This document shows positions 1 to 13,227 of a stretch of 64,000 nucleotides of DNA, piece after piece. The stretch is taken from positions 310,001 through 374,000 of the forward strand of contig NC_088806.1 of NCBI RefSeq assembly GCF_011386835.1, given 5' to 3'. Below the pieces are notes generated by a model. The model saw only the letters and a program-made list of their open reading frames with translations. It ran no database searches and was not told where the DNA came from. The position numbers and the translations under genes are program-made. Each line of letters opens with the position of its first letter. Position 1 is the stretch's first letter. Source of the stretch: Chrysemys picta bellii (taxonomy: Eukaryota).

Positions 1-2790
1 CGCCCCCTCCTGAGCCACTGCCATCCTCATCTGCAACCAAAGCAAAGGAGGGGGGCGTTAACGACACGGGGGCCCCCCAGCCACGCCTCCCGAGGGGGGT
101 TGCAAGGGCCTGGAGAGGGTGTTTATGGGGGACACCAACCCCCCCTCCCAGCCCTGGACCCCAGGAGAACAGATGACGAGGCACTCGCCGCCCGGGTCCC
201 ACCCCCATCACCCATGCGAGCGGGGGGCCAGGAGCAGAGCCCCTCCAGGGAATGCCCCAGCAGCCCCCCCAGCCCCCAGGGGGGCCCCCACCCGCCTCCC
301 AGACTCACAGGTGTCCTGGAAGTCGAGGTCCCGGCCCCCGTAGGCCCCCTGCAGGCGGCTGGTGGCCACCCGCAGCTGCAGGATGTGCTGGCGAGTGAGC
401 AGGTCGGGCCGCCCGATGTCCACCTCCACCTCCGGGTTATTGATCTGATTCACCAGCCCGTCCCCCGTCACATCCGGGAGGTACCTGGGGGGGAGGGGGG
501 GTTCAGAGACAGCTCCACTCCCAGCCAGAGGGGGGGCGGCAGGGGCACCAGCTGTGGGGGGACGCTCCCGGCACCCCAAGCCCTGGCCTCTCCGAGAAGG
601 GAGCGCCGTGGGGCAGGAGCGCTGCCTGTGGGGGAAGCTCCCCCGGTCCTCCCTCATTTTGCCCAGCCAAGCCTGCCCCGGGCGCCCCCTCACCTGCCCC
701 GGGCCTGCCCGTTCCAGCACTTGTCCTCGTCCGTCACGTCAGCCGCCACCTTCCCGTCGCTGCAGAGCGTGTGGGGCAGGGTGACCCAGAACCCCCGCAT
801 CAGCCGCAGCTTCTCCTTCACGTCTGTCACCTGGGGGGAAGGGGAGGCGGATGGGATCAGTGCCCACGGGCCAGCTCCCCAGGGTGGGCTGGGGGACATG
901 AGCCCCTACACCCCACCCCGGGGGGGAGTTTTCTGTAATATGCCTCTGAAGCCTGTGCATCCCTCAGTTTCCCTCCGCGCAGGTGTGAAAGGGTTAAGCC
1001 TGCTCTTGGGGTGAGTGCCAGTGGCCCCATCTCAAAGGAGAACCCCACAGAGGCGACGGTGACCCCAGGGGACCCCCCAGAGGATGGAGACTGTCCCCCG
1101 CCTCTCGGCAGTCTGGGCCCCAGCCCCAAAACCCCACGATAGCAGTCAGCTCTGTGTTTTCAGGGAACCAGGGTGCAGTGTCCAGCCTGTCTGACTCATG
1201 AGGGACACCCCCCCGCCCCTCCTTGAACCAAAACCAACCAGAGAAAAGGTTTGCAGACAGCAGTGAAGGGCGGATGGGAGACGCACCTATACCTCTCCTG
1301 ACAAGGGTGACAAGTTTAAGACATCCCCATTTTCAAACAGAATGGAGAGCAGAGACAACTCCCAATGCCTAATCTGCATGAAATGGGACAGGGATTAGCA
1401 TAAATAAAGAACAGAGAACCGCAGGAAACTCTGGGACCAGAAAAGCAGGGACGCACTGCATTATGGGAATTTCTGCTCCAGATGTTAATGGACCTACTCC
1501 TGCCCACACCCAGCTCAAGAATTATCAGACCAATTCTAGTAATGAATCCTTGATTAATATCCAAAACTCTGCAGCAGCCTAGTTGCATTGGGAGCTCCCT
1601 GGGAAAAAACACCACCCATAGCCAAGAGTGATCAGCTCCTAGCCTCTAGCCTAAAGAAAACCCTGGCGTCATCAGTTTACCCATAAACAAACCAAGTGTT
1701 CTCCCTTGAACCATTGTTGTTTCCCTACAAAAACCCCTACCTGTGCCCAAGTCAGGGTTCTGATGCTTAGATCCAAGCTCTGCATCAGTTCCACTGGGAC
1801 TCCATCTTCTCCTGACGGATCGTGCTGGGGGCTCTGCCGGTCTCCGCCGGTCTCCCTGAGCTACCACCATCACCTTGGAACCCCAACCAGTTCAAGCCTC
1901 ATGGAGAGGGTAAAACCCCCCTTCTTTCTCTCTCTCTCTTTTCCTTTCTATCTTAGGCATTAACCTTGAATAATGTATGTTATGTTGGTTTAGCTCTCCT
2001 TGTGTAGTGATCACTAGTATTCAATAAATAACTTTGTCATAGAAATTCCTGTCCAACTTGTATGGTTAAGCTGGTTAGAATCATAGAATATCAGGGTTGG
2101 AAGGGACCTCAAGAGGTCATCTAGTCCAACCCCCTGCTCAAAGCAGGACCAATTCCCAGCTAAATCATCCCAGCCAGGGCTTTGTCAAGCCGGGCCTTAA
2201 AAACCTCCAACGAAGGAGACTCCACTACCTCCCTAGGTAACGCATTCCAGTGTTTCACCACCCTCCTAGTGAAATAGTTTTTCCTGATATCCAACCTGGA
2301 CCTCCCCCACTGCAACTTGAGACCATTGCTCCTTGTTCTGTCATCTGCCACCACTGAGAACAGCCAAGCTCCATCCTCTTTGGAACCCCCCTTTAGGTAG
2401 TTGAAGGCTGCTATCAAATCCCCCCTCATTCTTCTCTTCTGCAGACTAAACAATCCCAGTTCCCTCAGCCTCTCCTCATAAGTCATGTGCTCCAGACCCT
2501 AATCATTTTAGTTGCTTCCCTCTCTCTGGCTGAACTTTACTCTTTTGTGATTTTAGCTTCCCCCATATACTCTACAGCAACGCTTCTTTTACCTAAGCTA
2601 AAGATCCCTGCAGCGCCCAAAATCCTGTAGGGTTTGCTCATCAAGTTGGGGGTTACTACCGGTGCAATTGTGATGCGAGAGTGGGGATAGGGACGTGCTG
2701 AAACTGGGACGCATAAGGGGTCAGCTTGAAATTGCAGATTGACCCAGTCCACTCAGATTGCTCTGTGTGTGTGTGTGCGCGAGGGAGGGT

Positions 2791-2825
<35 letters not shown>

Positions 2826-5800
2826 CACCCGGGAAGGGCACTCCTCCTTAGCGGCTGGCTCAGTGGGGCAGACCTCACGGGGGGAGGGGGCTCGGGTACG
2901 CTGCGGGGGGGGGGAGGGGCGGCGCCACGGGGGGTCCGTACCAGTCGGTCCAGGTTGGTCCCCGCAGCCGTGGTGGGCTTCTCCTCGGGCGGGTAGGTGC
3001 GGAAGCGACGCTTGGTCTCATCCCGGGCGGCGCGGCGGGATCGGGCGGGCGCCGGGCGCGGTGTCCCGCAGCCCTGAAACACCTGGTGGGGGCAGGGGGA
3101 GAGATGGGGTGCTGGGGCCAGCTCAGAGCCGGCCAGACCCCCCCCCCCCAGCGCTGCAAGCTTCCCCCCAGCAGTGCCCCCGCCCCCAGCATTGTGAGCT
3201 TCCCCCTGGCAGTGCCCCCCGCCGCAAGCTTCCCCCCGGCAGTGCCCCCGCCCCCCCCGCCACAAGCTTCCCCCCGGCAGTGCCCCCACCCCCAGCGTTG
3301 CGAGCTACCCCCAGCAGTGCGAGCCCCCGACCTTGGCCGAGGTCTGCACCCCGTTCTCCTGCAGGTACATGATCCCCTCTGAGATCTTCACCCCGATGGA
3401 GTCGGCCGCCAGCTCCACGTTGAAGGGCCCCTCCAGCCGCTCGGCCACCTGGATCAGAGCATCTGGGGGGTAGGGGGGGGCTGAGTTACACCATGGGGAA
3501 GGGGGAGCCCCCCCAGAGATCCCCTGTGGGGCTCACAGCCCCCCGCCAGTGCAGCTCCATGGGGGGCACACACAAGCCGGTAGCGGGGGCAAAGCCCAGG
3601 CGGGGAGAGTCCGCTGAGTAGACTCCCTCCCCCCCTTACCCCCATGCCCCCCACCCAGCTCCCCCCCAGCACCCCGGGGTCTCACCGAGGAAGCGGTTCC
3701 ACTCGGGGTCCAGCTCAGCCGGGCGGGCCAGGCAGCCCTTCATGACGTTGAGGCAGAAGGCGTTGCAGGGTTTGAGGGCCGGGGTCCCGCGGCACAGGGG
3801 ACAGGAGGACATGCGCATGGCAGCCCGCAGGCACTCCCCGCTGGGGGGCAGCTGGGGGGACACGGGGGTCAGAGAGGGGACCCCCCAATACACTGCACTG
3901 GGGGGACACGGGGGCAGAGGGGACCCACCCCCTCCATACACTGCACAGGGGGGGAGACACAGGGGCAAAGAGGGGACCCCCCATACACTGCACTGGGGGC
4001 ACATGGGGAGCAGAGAGGGGACCCCCCCATACACTGCCCTGGGGGGACACGGGGGGCAGAGGGGACCCGCCCCCGCGGCCGGCATTCCCTGCTGGGGACC
4101 CCAGTGGTGTCGATGGGGGAGCCCCAAGTGGCCCCTCAGGCTCTGTGGGGTGGGAGAGGAAAATCTAGTGGGTCCCCAGGCTCTGGGTTGACTCCAAAGG
4201 GCAGCCAAAGGGACAGAGAGAGACCTCCCCCAGCGTCCCCACCCCTCTGCCGCCCCCTACCCCACAGCCCCCTGCCCCCCCAATGTCCCCCCTGCATCCC
4301 TACCCAACAGCCCCTCTGCCCCCGCCATCTCTCCCACCAAGGCCCCTCTGCTCCCCCATGCCTCCTCTGGCCCCCACCTCCCCCCACAGCCTATCTGCCC
4401 CCCAGCTCCCTCATGCCAACCCCACAGCCCCCCGCCTCCCCCTGCAGGCCCACCCCCCACACACACACCCCCCGCCCCTCTGCCCCCCCCCCCCCCCACA
4501 CACACACACACCTCCCCACACTCACTTTGGAGGCCTTGGCGACCACATCACGCCCGGTGGCCAGTCCCTGCACGAAGGCCCGAGCTGCCACGAACGCCCG
4601 CGTCACCTGGGGGAGACAGGAGGAGTGAGGGGAACACCCTGAGGCCCCCAAAACTCCCAGCTCCCCCAGAGATCCCCCCAGCCCAGAGCCCCGAGTCCCC
4701 TGGCCACACCCCAGAGCCCCCAGCCCCCCTGAGACCTCCCCAGTGCCCTGGCCACACCCCAGAGCCCCCAGCCCCCCCAGTCCCCCAGCCACACCCCAGA
4801 GCCCCCAGCCCCCCAGTCCCCTGGCCACACCCTAGAGCCCCCAGCCCCCCAGAGACCTCTCCAGTGCCCTGGCCACACCCCAGAGCCCCCAGCCCCCCAT
4901 AGCCCCCAGCCCCCCAGAGACCTCCCCAGTGCCCTGGCCACACCCCAGAGCCCCCACCCCGCCGGAGACCTCCCCAGTCCCCTGGCCACACCCCAGAGCC
5001 CCCAGCCTCCCGGAGACCTCCCCAGTGCCCTGGCCACACCCCAGAGCCCCCAGCCACCCGGAGACCTCCCCAGTCCCCTGGCCACACCCCAGAGCCCCCA
5101 GCCCCCCCAGTCCCCCAGCCACACCCCAGAGCCCCCAGTCCCCTGGCCACACCCTAGAGCCCCCAGCCCCCAGAGACCTCCCCAGTGCCCTGGCCACACC
5201 CCAGAGCCCCCAGCCCCCCATAGCCCCCAGCCCCCCAGAGACCTCCCCAGTGCCCTGGCCACACCCCAGAGCCTCCAGTCCCCCAGCCACACCCCAGAGC
5301 CCCCAGCCACACCCCAGAGCCCTCACCCTGCCGAAGACCTCCCCAGTGCCCTGGCCACACCCCGGAGCCCCCAGCCCAGAGCCCCCAGCCCTGGCATGGG
5401 GAGCTGTGAGAGGACACCCAGGGTCTCCCCTGGCTCAGCCCCCTGGGCCCCAGGTAGCCCCCAGCCCCAGCCCCACAGGCCGCAGCGCTGGGCCCAGCCC
5501 GGGGGTGGGGGGATGCGGAGTCTCACCTGCAGGCGCAGCTTGCGGGGCACGTCCCCGAAGGGCCGCAGTGCCTCCCCCTGACGCGCCACGCACTCCAGGT
5601 ACTCGGCGGGGAACTGGTACTGGGGGTTGAGCAGGGGCAGCATCCGCTCCAGCAGCCGGGCCCAGAACTCACCCAGCGCCTCGTCCAGGCTGAGCCGGGC
5701 GCCCTGCTGGTGCCGCCGCAGCTCGGCGAAGAGCCCCTGGAAGAGCCGTGCGTTCTGGGCGTACAGGCGGCCATAGGTCTGCGTGAACATGGCCTGCAGC

Positions 5801-8442
5801 CCCCGCTCGGCCGCTGCCAGCAGCTCCCGGAAAAACTCTGCACGGGGGGTGGGGGGAGGGAACGGGGAAAAACCCCAGGAGATGTCAGGCAGATTGAGGG
5901 GACCCTCAGCCCCTGCCCCCCCGTACACGTCTCCCGGTCCCTGTCCCCATCGCGGTGGGGGCTGGTGGGTCACAGCGGGGGGGGAACCAGGACGCCTGGG
6001 TTCTCACCCTCGAAGTGGCGGTGGCGCGAGGCTCTGGGAGGGGTGTGGGGGCTGGTGGGTCAGAGCGGGGAGGGGGGGCGGGAGCCAGGACGCCTGGGTT
6101 CTCACCCTCAAAGCGGCGGTGGCGCGAGGCTCTGGTAGGGGTCTGGGGGCTGGTGGGTCAGAGCGGGGTGGGGGCTGGTGGGTCAGAGCGGGGGGGGGAG
6201 CCAGGACGCCTGGGTTCTCACCCTCAAAGCGGCGGTGGCGCGAGGCTCTGGGAGGGGTGTGGGGGCTGGTGGGTCACAGCGGGGGAGGCTGGGGGGTTAG
6301 AGTGGGGGGGGGTGTGCCAGGACGCCTGGGTTCTCACCCTCGAAGCGGCGGTGGCGCCAGGCCAGGGTGCTGGACAGGAAACTGGCCCCGTCCTCCACCA
6401 GGGCCCGGAAGTCCCTGTCGCTCTGCAGGCTGAGCTGTTCCTCCATCTCGCTGGAGCAGCAGGTGTAGTCCTGGGGGCAGATCCGCAGGTGCTCCCCTGA
6501 GGGGGGGGGGCAGAGAAAGCCACCACCAGTCAGTGCCTGGCCATGAGGGGCCCTCAGCTCACCCCACCCGCACAGAAGGGGGGAGGGGCAGTATACACAG
6601 ACCATCTCTCTCCCCCCCCCATGCCCAGACAACTACAGCTGTCCCCAGCCCCCCCCCCCAACCATCTGATCCCCGCGCCCAGGCCTTGGGGGGGGGGGGG
6701 GGGGAGGGAACCAGTGTCAGATGCTTGGGAGTGCAGGGGGTAGCTGGGGGGTGGGATTTAGCTCATATGGGGGCTACAGGCTTGTCCCCCTGACAGACCT
6801 GCCCGGGGGGGGGCTGCTGCCCCTCCAACAGGGGGTGTTTACTCCCTGGCTGGAGGAGGAATTGGGGTAGGGGCTCAAGCCCCAATGGGAGCAGGATGGA
6901 GGGTGCCCCCCCCTACCCGACATGAGCCCAGGGGGAGCAGAGACGGGGGTGCGGTGGGGAGGGGGCAGGGGGTCCCATGTGGAGTGCATTAGGGAAGATG
7001 CAGGGGGAGCCCGGGGAGCACATGGGATGAACTGGCTGTAGGATGGGGGTGCAAAGAGGAGGGTGAGTGGGAAGGTCGGGGGGGTGCAGTGGGGGGCCCC
7101 CACGAATGGGGTGCAAGGCAGGGGGTTGCAACGGGGATGGTGCAGGGGAGAGGTACAGGGGGACCCCAGGAGGTGCCCTGGCTGCAGGATGGGGATGCAA
7201 AGGGGATGGTGAGTGGGGAGTGCAGTAGGGGGCCCCCCCATAAATGGGATGCAGGGCAGAGGATTGCAACAGGGATGGTGCAGGGGGTAGGTACTGGGGG
7301 GGATAGGGGGATCCCAGGGGTGTATTAGCTGCAGGGTGCAATGAGGAAGGTGCAGGGGGACCCCAGGGGCGGCTATGGGGGGTCCCATGCACAGGGTGCA
7401 GGGCAGGGGGTTGAAACGGGGATGGTGCAGGGAATAGGTACAGGGGGACCCCAAGGGGTGCACTGGCTGCAGGGTGGGGGATGCAATGAGGAAGGCACAG
7501 CCGGCGACACAGGGAGGCTGCTGGGCGGGCCACAGGGAGGGTGCACTGGGTGCAGATGCAATGAAGAGGGCACAGGGAGACCCCAAGGAGGCTGCTGGGG
7601 GGGACCCCAGAGGGTACTTGCTGCACAGGAGTGTAGGGTGGGGGGGGTGCAAAAGGGAGGCTGCGGGGAGGGTGCACTGGCTGCAGGGGATCCCGGGGGG
7701 GAAAGGCTGGGGGGATGCATTGGGTGCAAGGTGGGGGGTACATTGGATACAAGATGGGGGCACAGGGTGCAGGATGGGGGGGTGCATTAGGTGCAGGCTA
7801 GGGGGGCACAGGGGGCAGGGTGGGGGGTGCATTGTGTGCAGACTGGGGGGGCACAGGGTGCAGAGTGGGAGAGTGCATTAGGTGCAGGCTGGGGGGTGCA
7901 TTGGGTGCAGGCTGGGGGGGACAGGGTGCAGAGTGGGGGAGTGCATTTGGTGCAGGCTGGGGGGTGCATTGGGTGCAGGCTGGGGGGTGCATTGGGTGCA
8001 GGCTGGGGGGGACAGGGTGCACAGGCTGGGGGGTGCATTGGGTGCAAGGTGGGGGTGCATTGGGTGCAGGCTGGGGTGGGCACAGGGTGCAGAGTGGGGG
8101 AGTGCATTTGGTGCAGACTGGGGGGGGGACAGGGTGCACAGGCTGGGGGGCGCATTGGGTGCAAGGTGGGGGGCGCATTAGGGGCAGGCTGGGGGGGGGC
8201 GCATTAGGGGCAGGCTGGGGGGGCACAGGGGGGGTGCATTGGCTGCAGGCTCCCCCTCCCTTACCCGAGATGAGGGCTGGGGGCACCGCGCCCGGCCCCA
8301 GCCCCCGCGCGCCCAGCGCCCGTCGCGCCTCGGCGCAGCCCCGCGCCCCCGCGGCCGCCCCCGGCCCCGCCGCCCCCAGCAGCAGCAGCAGCAGCAGCGG
8401 CGGCAGCAGCGACGGCGCGGCCCGGCCCGGCGCCGGCCCCAT
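1..8442 (-). CDS. GPC2: Glypican-2, 10 exons, runs off the left edge within exon 10
   Basis: Exons, all GT-AG with consistent phases: 8265-8442 (signal peptide [23 protein letters not shown]), 6338-6496 ([15 protein letters not shown]), 5527-5837, 4526-4606, 3686-3851 ([24 protein letters not shown]), 3332-3462, 2942-3082 (RSRR), 694-830 (CWNG), 309-484, 1-30 (EDGSGSGGG, Ser-Gly heparan sulfate site). The glypican cysteine pattern is clear; the paralogue is assigned from similarity and the neighbouring GAL3ST4/TRAPPC14. Confidence 0.92.
1152..2827 (+). mobile_element. LTR-like (ERV solo LTR-like) element in GPC2 intron 7, split by a CR1
   Basis: AT-richer island starting TG and ending TGTAACA, with AATAAA near 2023. 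The sequence rejoins across the CR1 (…gctggttag|ttgcttccc…). No clean TSD, so the ends are approximate. Confidence 0.45.
2076..2509 (-). mobile_element. CR1 LINE 3' fragment
   Basis: Minus ORF 2160-2486 ([19 protein letters not shown]…FKARLDKAL) is the CR1 ORF2 C-terminus, followed by the (ATTCTATG)n tail read as tagaatcatagaat on +. Confidence 0.95.
4660..5400. repeat. C-rich minisatellite in GPC2 intron 3
   Basis: Many copies of ccccagt(g/c)ccctggccacaccccagagccccc. Confidence 0.9.
5950..6340. repeat. Tandem repeat carrying the GPC2 exon-2 3' end and splice donor
   Basis: gacgcctgggttctcaccctc(g/a)aag(c/t)ggcggtggcg occurs at about 5991, 6089, 6205 and 6321 (the real exon end), embedded in family-A-like units. 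Confidence 0.9.
6950..8230. repeat. G-rich low-complexity repeats in GPC2 intron 1
   Basis: Recurrent gggtgcaggctgggggg and tgcattgggtgca units. Confidence 0.85.
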
Positions 8443-8780
8443 AGCGCGAGGTGAAGGGCCCCGCGGGCGGGGGAAGAGCGGCCCGGCCCGGGGAGGGCGG
8501 CGCGCGGCGGCGGCGAGGCGGCCCGGCCCGGAGAAAAACGGAGCCGCCGCGTCCCCCGCCGAGCCCGGACCCGGCGCAGGCAGCCGCCGAGACAATGGGA
8601 GCGCGAGCGGCCGGGGCGTCCGCGGGGCCCTAGCGCCCGCCTACTTCCTGGGGGCGGGGCCCCGCTAGCCCCGCCCTACCCCCCGCTTCCGGGGTGCCCC
8701 TCACTCCCCCCAGCTCTGGGTTCCCTCCCCTCCCCAGCCCTGCCGGTGCCCCTCACTCCCGACCCGCAGCCCAGCTGCAC
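8230..8780 (-). promoter_or_regulatory. GPC2 CpG island / promoter
   Basis: CpG-dense region around exon 1 with GC boxes (ggggcgggg at 8651, ccccgccc at about 8669). Confidence 0.7.
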
Positions 8781-11700
8781 ATTCGGGCATTAGGACCCGG
8801 GAACTGCCCGGACAGGCTGCAGGGTGATGGGAGGGGGAATGTGGGGGAGACCAGGGCGGGGTCTCTTCCCATCAATCCCTCTCCCCTTTATCTGCCTGCT
8901 CCTGTCCAGCTCCAGCCAGCCGTACACCCCCGTCTCTCCATCCCCCTCCTCTATCCCTCCACGCCCCCCTATCCCCCATACCCCCTCCTCTATCCCCCCC
9001 ACACCCCTATCCCCCCATACCCCTCTCTATCCCCCCCACACCCCTATCCCCCCATACTCCCTCCTCTATCCCCCCCCACACCCCTATCCCCCATACCCCC
9101 TCCTCTATCCCCCCACACACCCCTATCCCCCATACCCCCTCCTCTATCCCCCCATACCCCTCTCTATCCCTCCACACCCCTCTCTAACCCTCCATGCCCC
9201 CCTCACCTATCCCTCTACACACCCCTATCCCCCCATATCCCTCTCTATCCCTCCACACACCCCTATCCCCCCATGCCCCCTCCTCTATCCCTCCACACCC
9301 CTATCCCCCCATACCCCTCTCTAACCCTCCATGCCCCCCTCGCCTATCCCCCCACACTCCTATCCCCCCATACCCCTCTCTATCCCTCCACGCCCCCCAT
9401 ACCCCTCTCTAATCCTCCATGCCCCCCTCGCCTATCCCCCCCACACCCCTATCCCCCATACCCCCTCCTCTATCCCCCCACACCCCTCTCTATCCCTCCA
9501 CGCCCCCCCATACTCCTCTCTAACCCTCCATGCCCCCCTCACCTATCCCTCTACACACCCCTATCCTTCCATATTCCTCCATGCCCCCCTCTAGCTTTCC
9601 ATATCCCCCTTCTCTATTCCTCCATACCCCTCCTCTATCCCTCCACACCCCCCTCTATCCCTCCACACACCCCTATCCCCCCATACCCCCTCCTCTATCC
9701 CCCCACACCCCTATCCCTCCATACCCCTCTCTATCCCTCCATACCCCTCTCTAACCCTCCATGCCCCCCTCGCCTATCCCTCTACACACCCCTCTAGCTC
9801 TCCATACCCCCCATGCCCCTCCTCTATCCCTCCACACACCCCTATCCCTGCATACCCCTCCTCTATCCCTCCACACACCCCTATCCCTGCATACCCCTCC
9901 TCTATTCCTCCACATCGCTCGCTAGCCCTCCATACCCCCCATCGCCCTCCTCTATTTCTCCATACCCCCATCCCTCCAAACCCCCTCGCCTATCCCTCCA
10001 CACACCCCTATTCCTCCATCCCCCTCCTCTATCCCTCTACACACCCCTATCCTTCCATATGCCTCCACGCCCCCCCTCTAGCTCTCCATACCCTCCATTC
10101 CCCTCCTCTATCCCTCCACACACCCCTATCCTTCCGTATCCCTCCTCTATCCCTCCACACACCCCTCTATCCCTCTATCCCCCCATGCCCCCTCCTCTAT
10201 CCCTCCATGCCCCCCATACCCCTCTCTAACCCTCTATGCCCCCCTCGCCTATCCCTCTACACACCCCTATCCTTCCATATCCCTCCACGCCCCCCTCTAT
10301 TCCTCCATCCCCCATCCCCCTTCTCTATTCCTCCATACCCCCATCCCTCCATCCCCCTCCTCTATCCCTCCACACACCCCTATCCTTCCATATCTCTCCT
10401 CTATTCCTCCACGCCCCCCTCTAGCTCTCCATACCCCCCTCGCCTATCCCTCCATACCCCCATCCCCCTCCTCTATTCCTCCATACCCCCATCCCTCAAA
10501 ACCCCCTCCTCTATCCCTCCACACACCCCTATCCCTCCATACCCCCATCCCTCCATCCCCCTCCTCTATCCCTCCACACACCCCTATCCCTCCACGCCCC
10601 CCATACCCCTCTCTAACCCTCCATGCCCCCCTCGCCTATCCCTCTACACCCCCCTATTCTTCCATATCCCTCTTCTATCCCTCCACGCCCCCTCTAGCTC
10701 TCCATACCCCCCATCCCCCTTCTCTATTCCTCCATCCCCCTCTTCTATCCCTCCACACACCCCTATCCCCCCATACCCTCCTCTATTCCTCCACAACGCT
10801 TGCTAGCCCTCCATGCCCCCCTCGCCTATCCCTCCACACACCCCTATCCCTCCATACCCCCTCCTCTATCCCTCACACACACACTCTAGTCCTCCATACC
10901 CCCCTCTATGCCTCCATACCCCCCTCTAGCCCTCCACACACACACCATCCCTCCATACCCCCATCCCCCTCCTCTAGCCCTCCATACCCCCATCCCTCCA
11001 AACCCCCCATCCCTCCATCCCCCTCCTCTATCCCTCCACACATCCCTATCCCTCCATACCCCCATGCCCCTCCTCTATTCCTCCATACCCCCATCCCTTC
11101 ATACCCCTCCATACCCCCCCATCCCTTCATACCCCTCCTCTATCCCTCCATACCCCCCCATCCCTTCATACCCCTCCTCTATCCCTCCATACCCCCTATC
11201 CCTCCATCCCCCCCTCTATCCCTCCACACACCCCATCCCTCCATACCCCCCTCTAGCCCTCCACACACCCCATCCCTCCATACCCCCCTCTAGCTCTCCA
11301 TGCCCCCATCCCTCTATACCCCCATCACCTATCCCTCCATTCCTCCCATCCCTCCACCCCCCTCCTCTATCCCTCCACACACCCCTATCCCTCCATACCC
11401 CCATCCCCCTCCTCTATTCCTCCATACCCCATCCCTCCACACACCCCCATCCCTCCATACCCCCCATCCCTCCACACACCCCTATCCCTCCATACCCCCA
11501 TCCCTCCATCCGCCTCCTCTATCCCTCCACACACCCCTATCCCTCCATACCCCCTCCTCTATCCCTCCACGCCCCCCTCTAGCTCTCCATACCCCCCTCG
11601 CCTATCCCTCCATACCCTCCATCCCCCTCCTCTATTCCTCCAAACCCCCTCCTCTATCCCTCCACACACCCCCATCCCTCCATCCCCCTCCTCTATCCCT

Positions 11701-12225
11701 CCACACACCCCTATCCCTCCATACCCCCATCCCCCTCCTCTATTCCTCCATACCTCCATCCCTCCAAACCCCCTCCTCTATCCCTCCACACACCCCTATT
11801 CCTCCATCCCCCTCCTCTATCCCTCCACGCCCCCCTCTAGCTCTCCATACCCCCCTCGCCTATCCCTCCATACCCTCCATCCCCCTCCTCTATTCCTCCA
11901 AACCTCCTCCTCTATCCCTCCACACACCCCTATCCCTCTATACCCCCCCATCCCTCCATCCCCCTCCTCTATCCCTCCACACACCCCTATCCCTCTATAC
12001 CCCCCCATCCCTCCATCCCCCTCCTCTATCCCTCCACACACCCCTATCCCTCCATACCCCCATCCCCCTCCTCTATTCCTCCATACCCCCATCCCTCCAA
12101 ACCCCCTCCTCTATCCCTCCACACACCCCTATCCCCCCATACCCCCATCCCTCCATGCCCCCCTCTAGCCCTCCACACACCCCATCCCTCCATACCCCCT
12201 CCTCTAGCCCTCCATACCCCTCTCC

Positions 12226-13227
12226 TGTTAGAGAGCTTATTCCTTCACTCTCACACTTCCCTGGTCCTTCTCGCATGAACAGAGAGCAACAAGACCTGAA
12301 GTCCGAAGGTGCGAACAATTCGATGTTTATTGGGGTGAACTTCCAGCAAGCTTAAATCTAAGTTCCTTTTTCCTTATTTTCGAATCCCAACTCACTTCCT
12401 GTTTGCCCCTAATTTATATAGTAATATTCTTAGCTATACCTTAACCAATCAGTCTACTAAAATTATCTAACCAATCCTAACATATTGTAAGATGATTAGC
12501 TAACCAATTATATCCCACCACCTTAAGTAGTTTACACCCAGCAAAATTAATTAAACAGCAGCCAGAAACAATCACAGAACCAGACAGAGACCATGCAAAT
12601 AAACATACAAAATAATACAGAAGTGAGGATTTCAAACTACATCTGTACAGACATAAGCCTTTTCCAGCTGTGTCTATTGACAAATGAAAGGTTTCAGAGT
12701 AGCAGCCGTGTTAGTCTGTATCCGCAAAAAGAAGAACAGGAGGACTTGTGGCACCTTAGAGACTAACAAATGCTTATGCTCTAATAAATTTGTTAGTCTC
12801 TAAGGTGCCACAAGTCCTCCTGTTCTTCTTTTTATTGACAAATGAGTTCTTACCAGACAGAAAACTGTCAACCTAAGTTTCCTTTTATATCTTCTAGGCT
12901 CTTTCCTTTCTCTGGAGGTGACAGGAATAACAGGACAAGATTGTATTCCTATCAGCCCAATAGCACCTTATTTCCATGTGACTGGTTTGGGATGTGAGGA
13001 TGTGACCGTTGACTTACCAGTTTATGGCTGGCCTCTGCTGCTTCGCCGAAGGCCTTCGTCTAAGAACAGGGCCTCAGACTGTCACAGTGAGCGAAGGCCC
13101 TTACACCGTCAGACAGTGATTTTGATTCTTTCTTTTATACCTCTATAACTAGCTAAGTGATAAGAATACACCGACATTCTTAAAGTCTAGGCCTTTACAG
13201 ACAGGCCTGAATATCTATATCCTAACA
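12226..13227 (-). mobile_element. Solo LTR (ERV-like)
   Basis: Inverted termini TGTTAG…CTAACA and a minus-strand AATAAA (tttatt near 12326). It is an AT-rich island inside the satellite. TSD is not clean. Confidence 0.7.
12691..12832. mobile_element. Penelope-like pLTR fragment, head-to-head inverted
   Basis: Begins gtttcagagtagcagccgtgttagtctg. Perfect 46-bp inverted repeat (12726-12771 / 12788-12833). Flanking duplication tattgacaaatga at 12675-12687 and 12833-12845. Confidence 0.85.

Noticed and set aside
8377-8397. (CAG)7 expansion-type repeat
   Set aside because: It encodes the ordinary poly-Leu core of the GPC2 signal peptide on the minus strand.
8694-12355. Extensin-like Pro/Tyr/His-rich ORFs
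   Set aside because: The G-free satellite strand rarely forms stop codons. No splice or promoter support.
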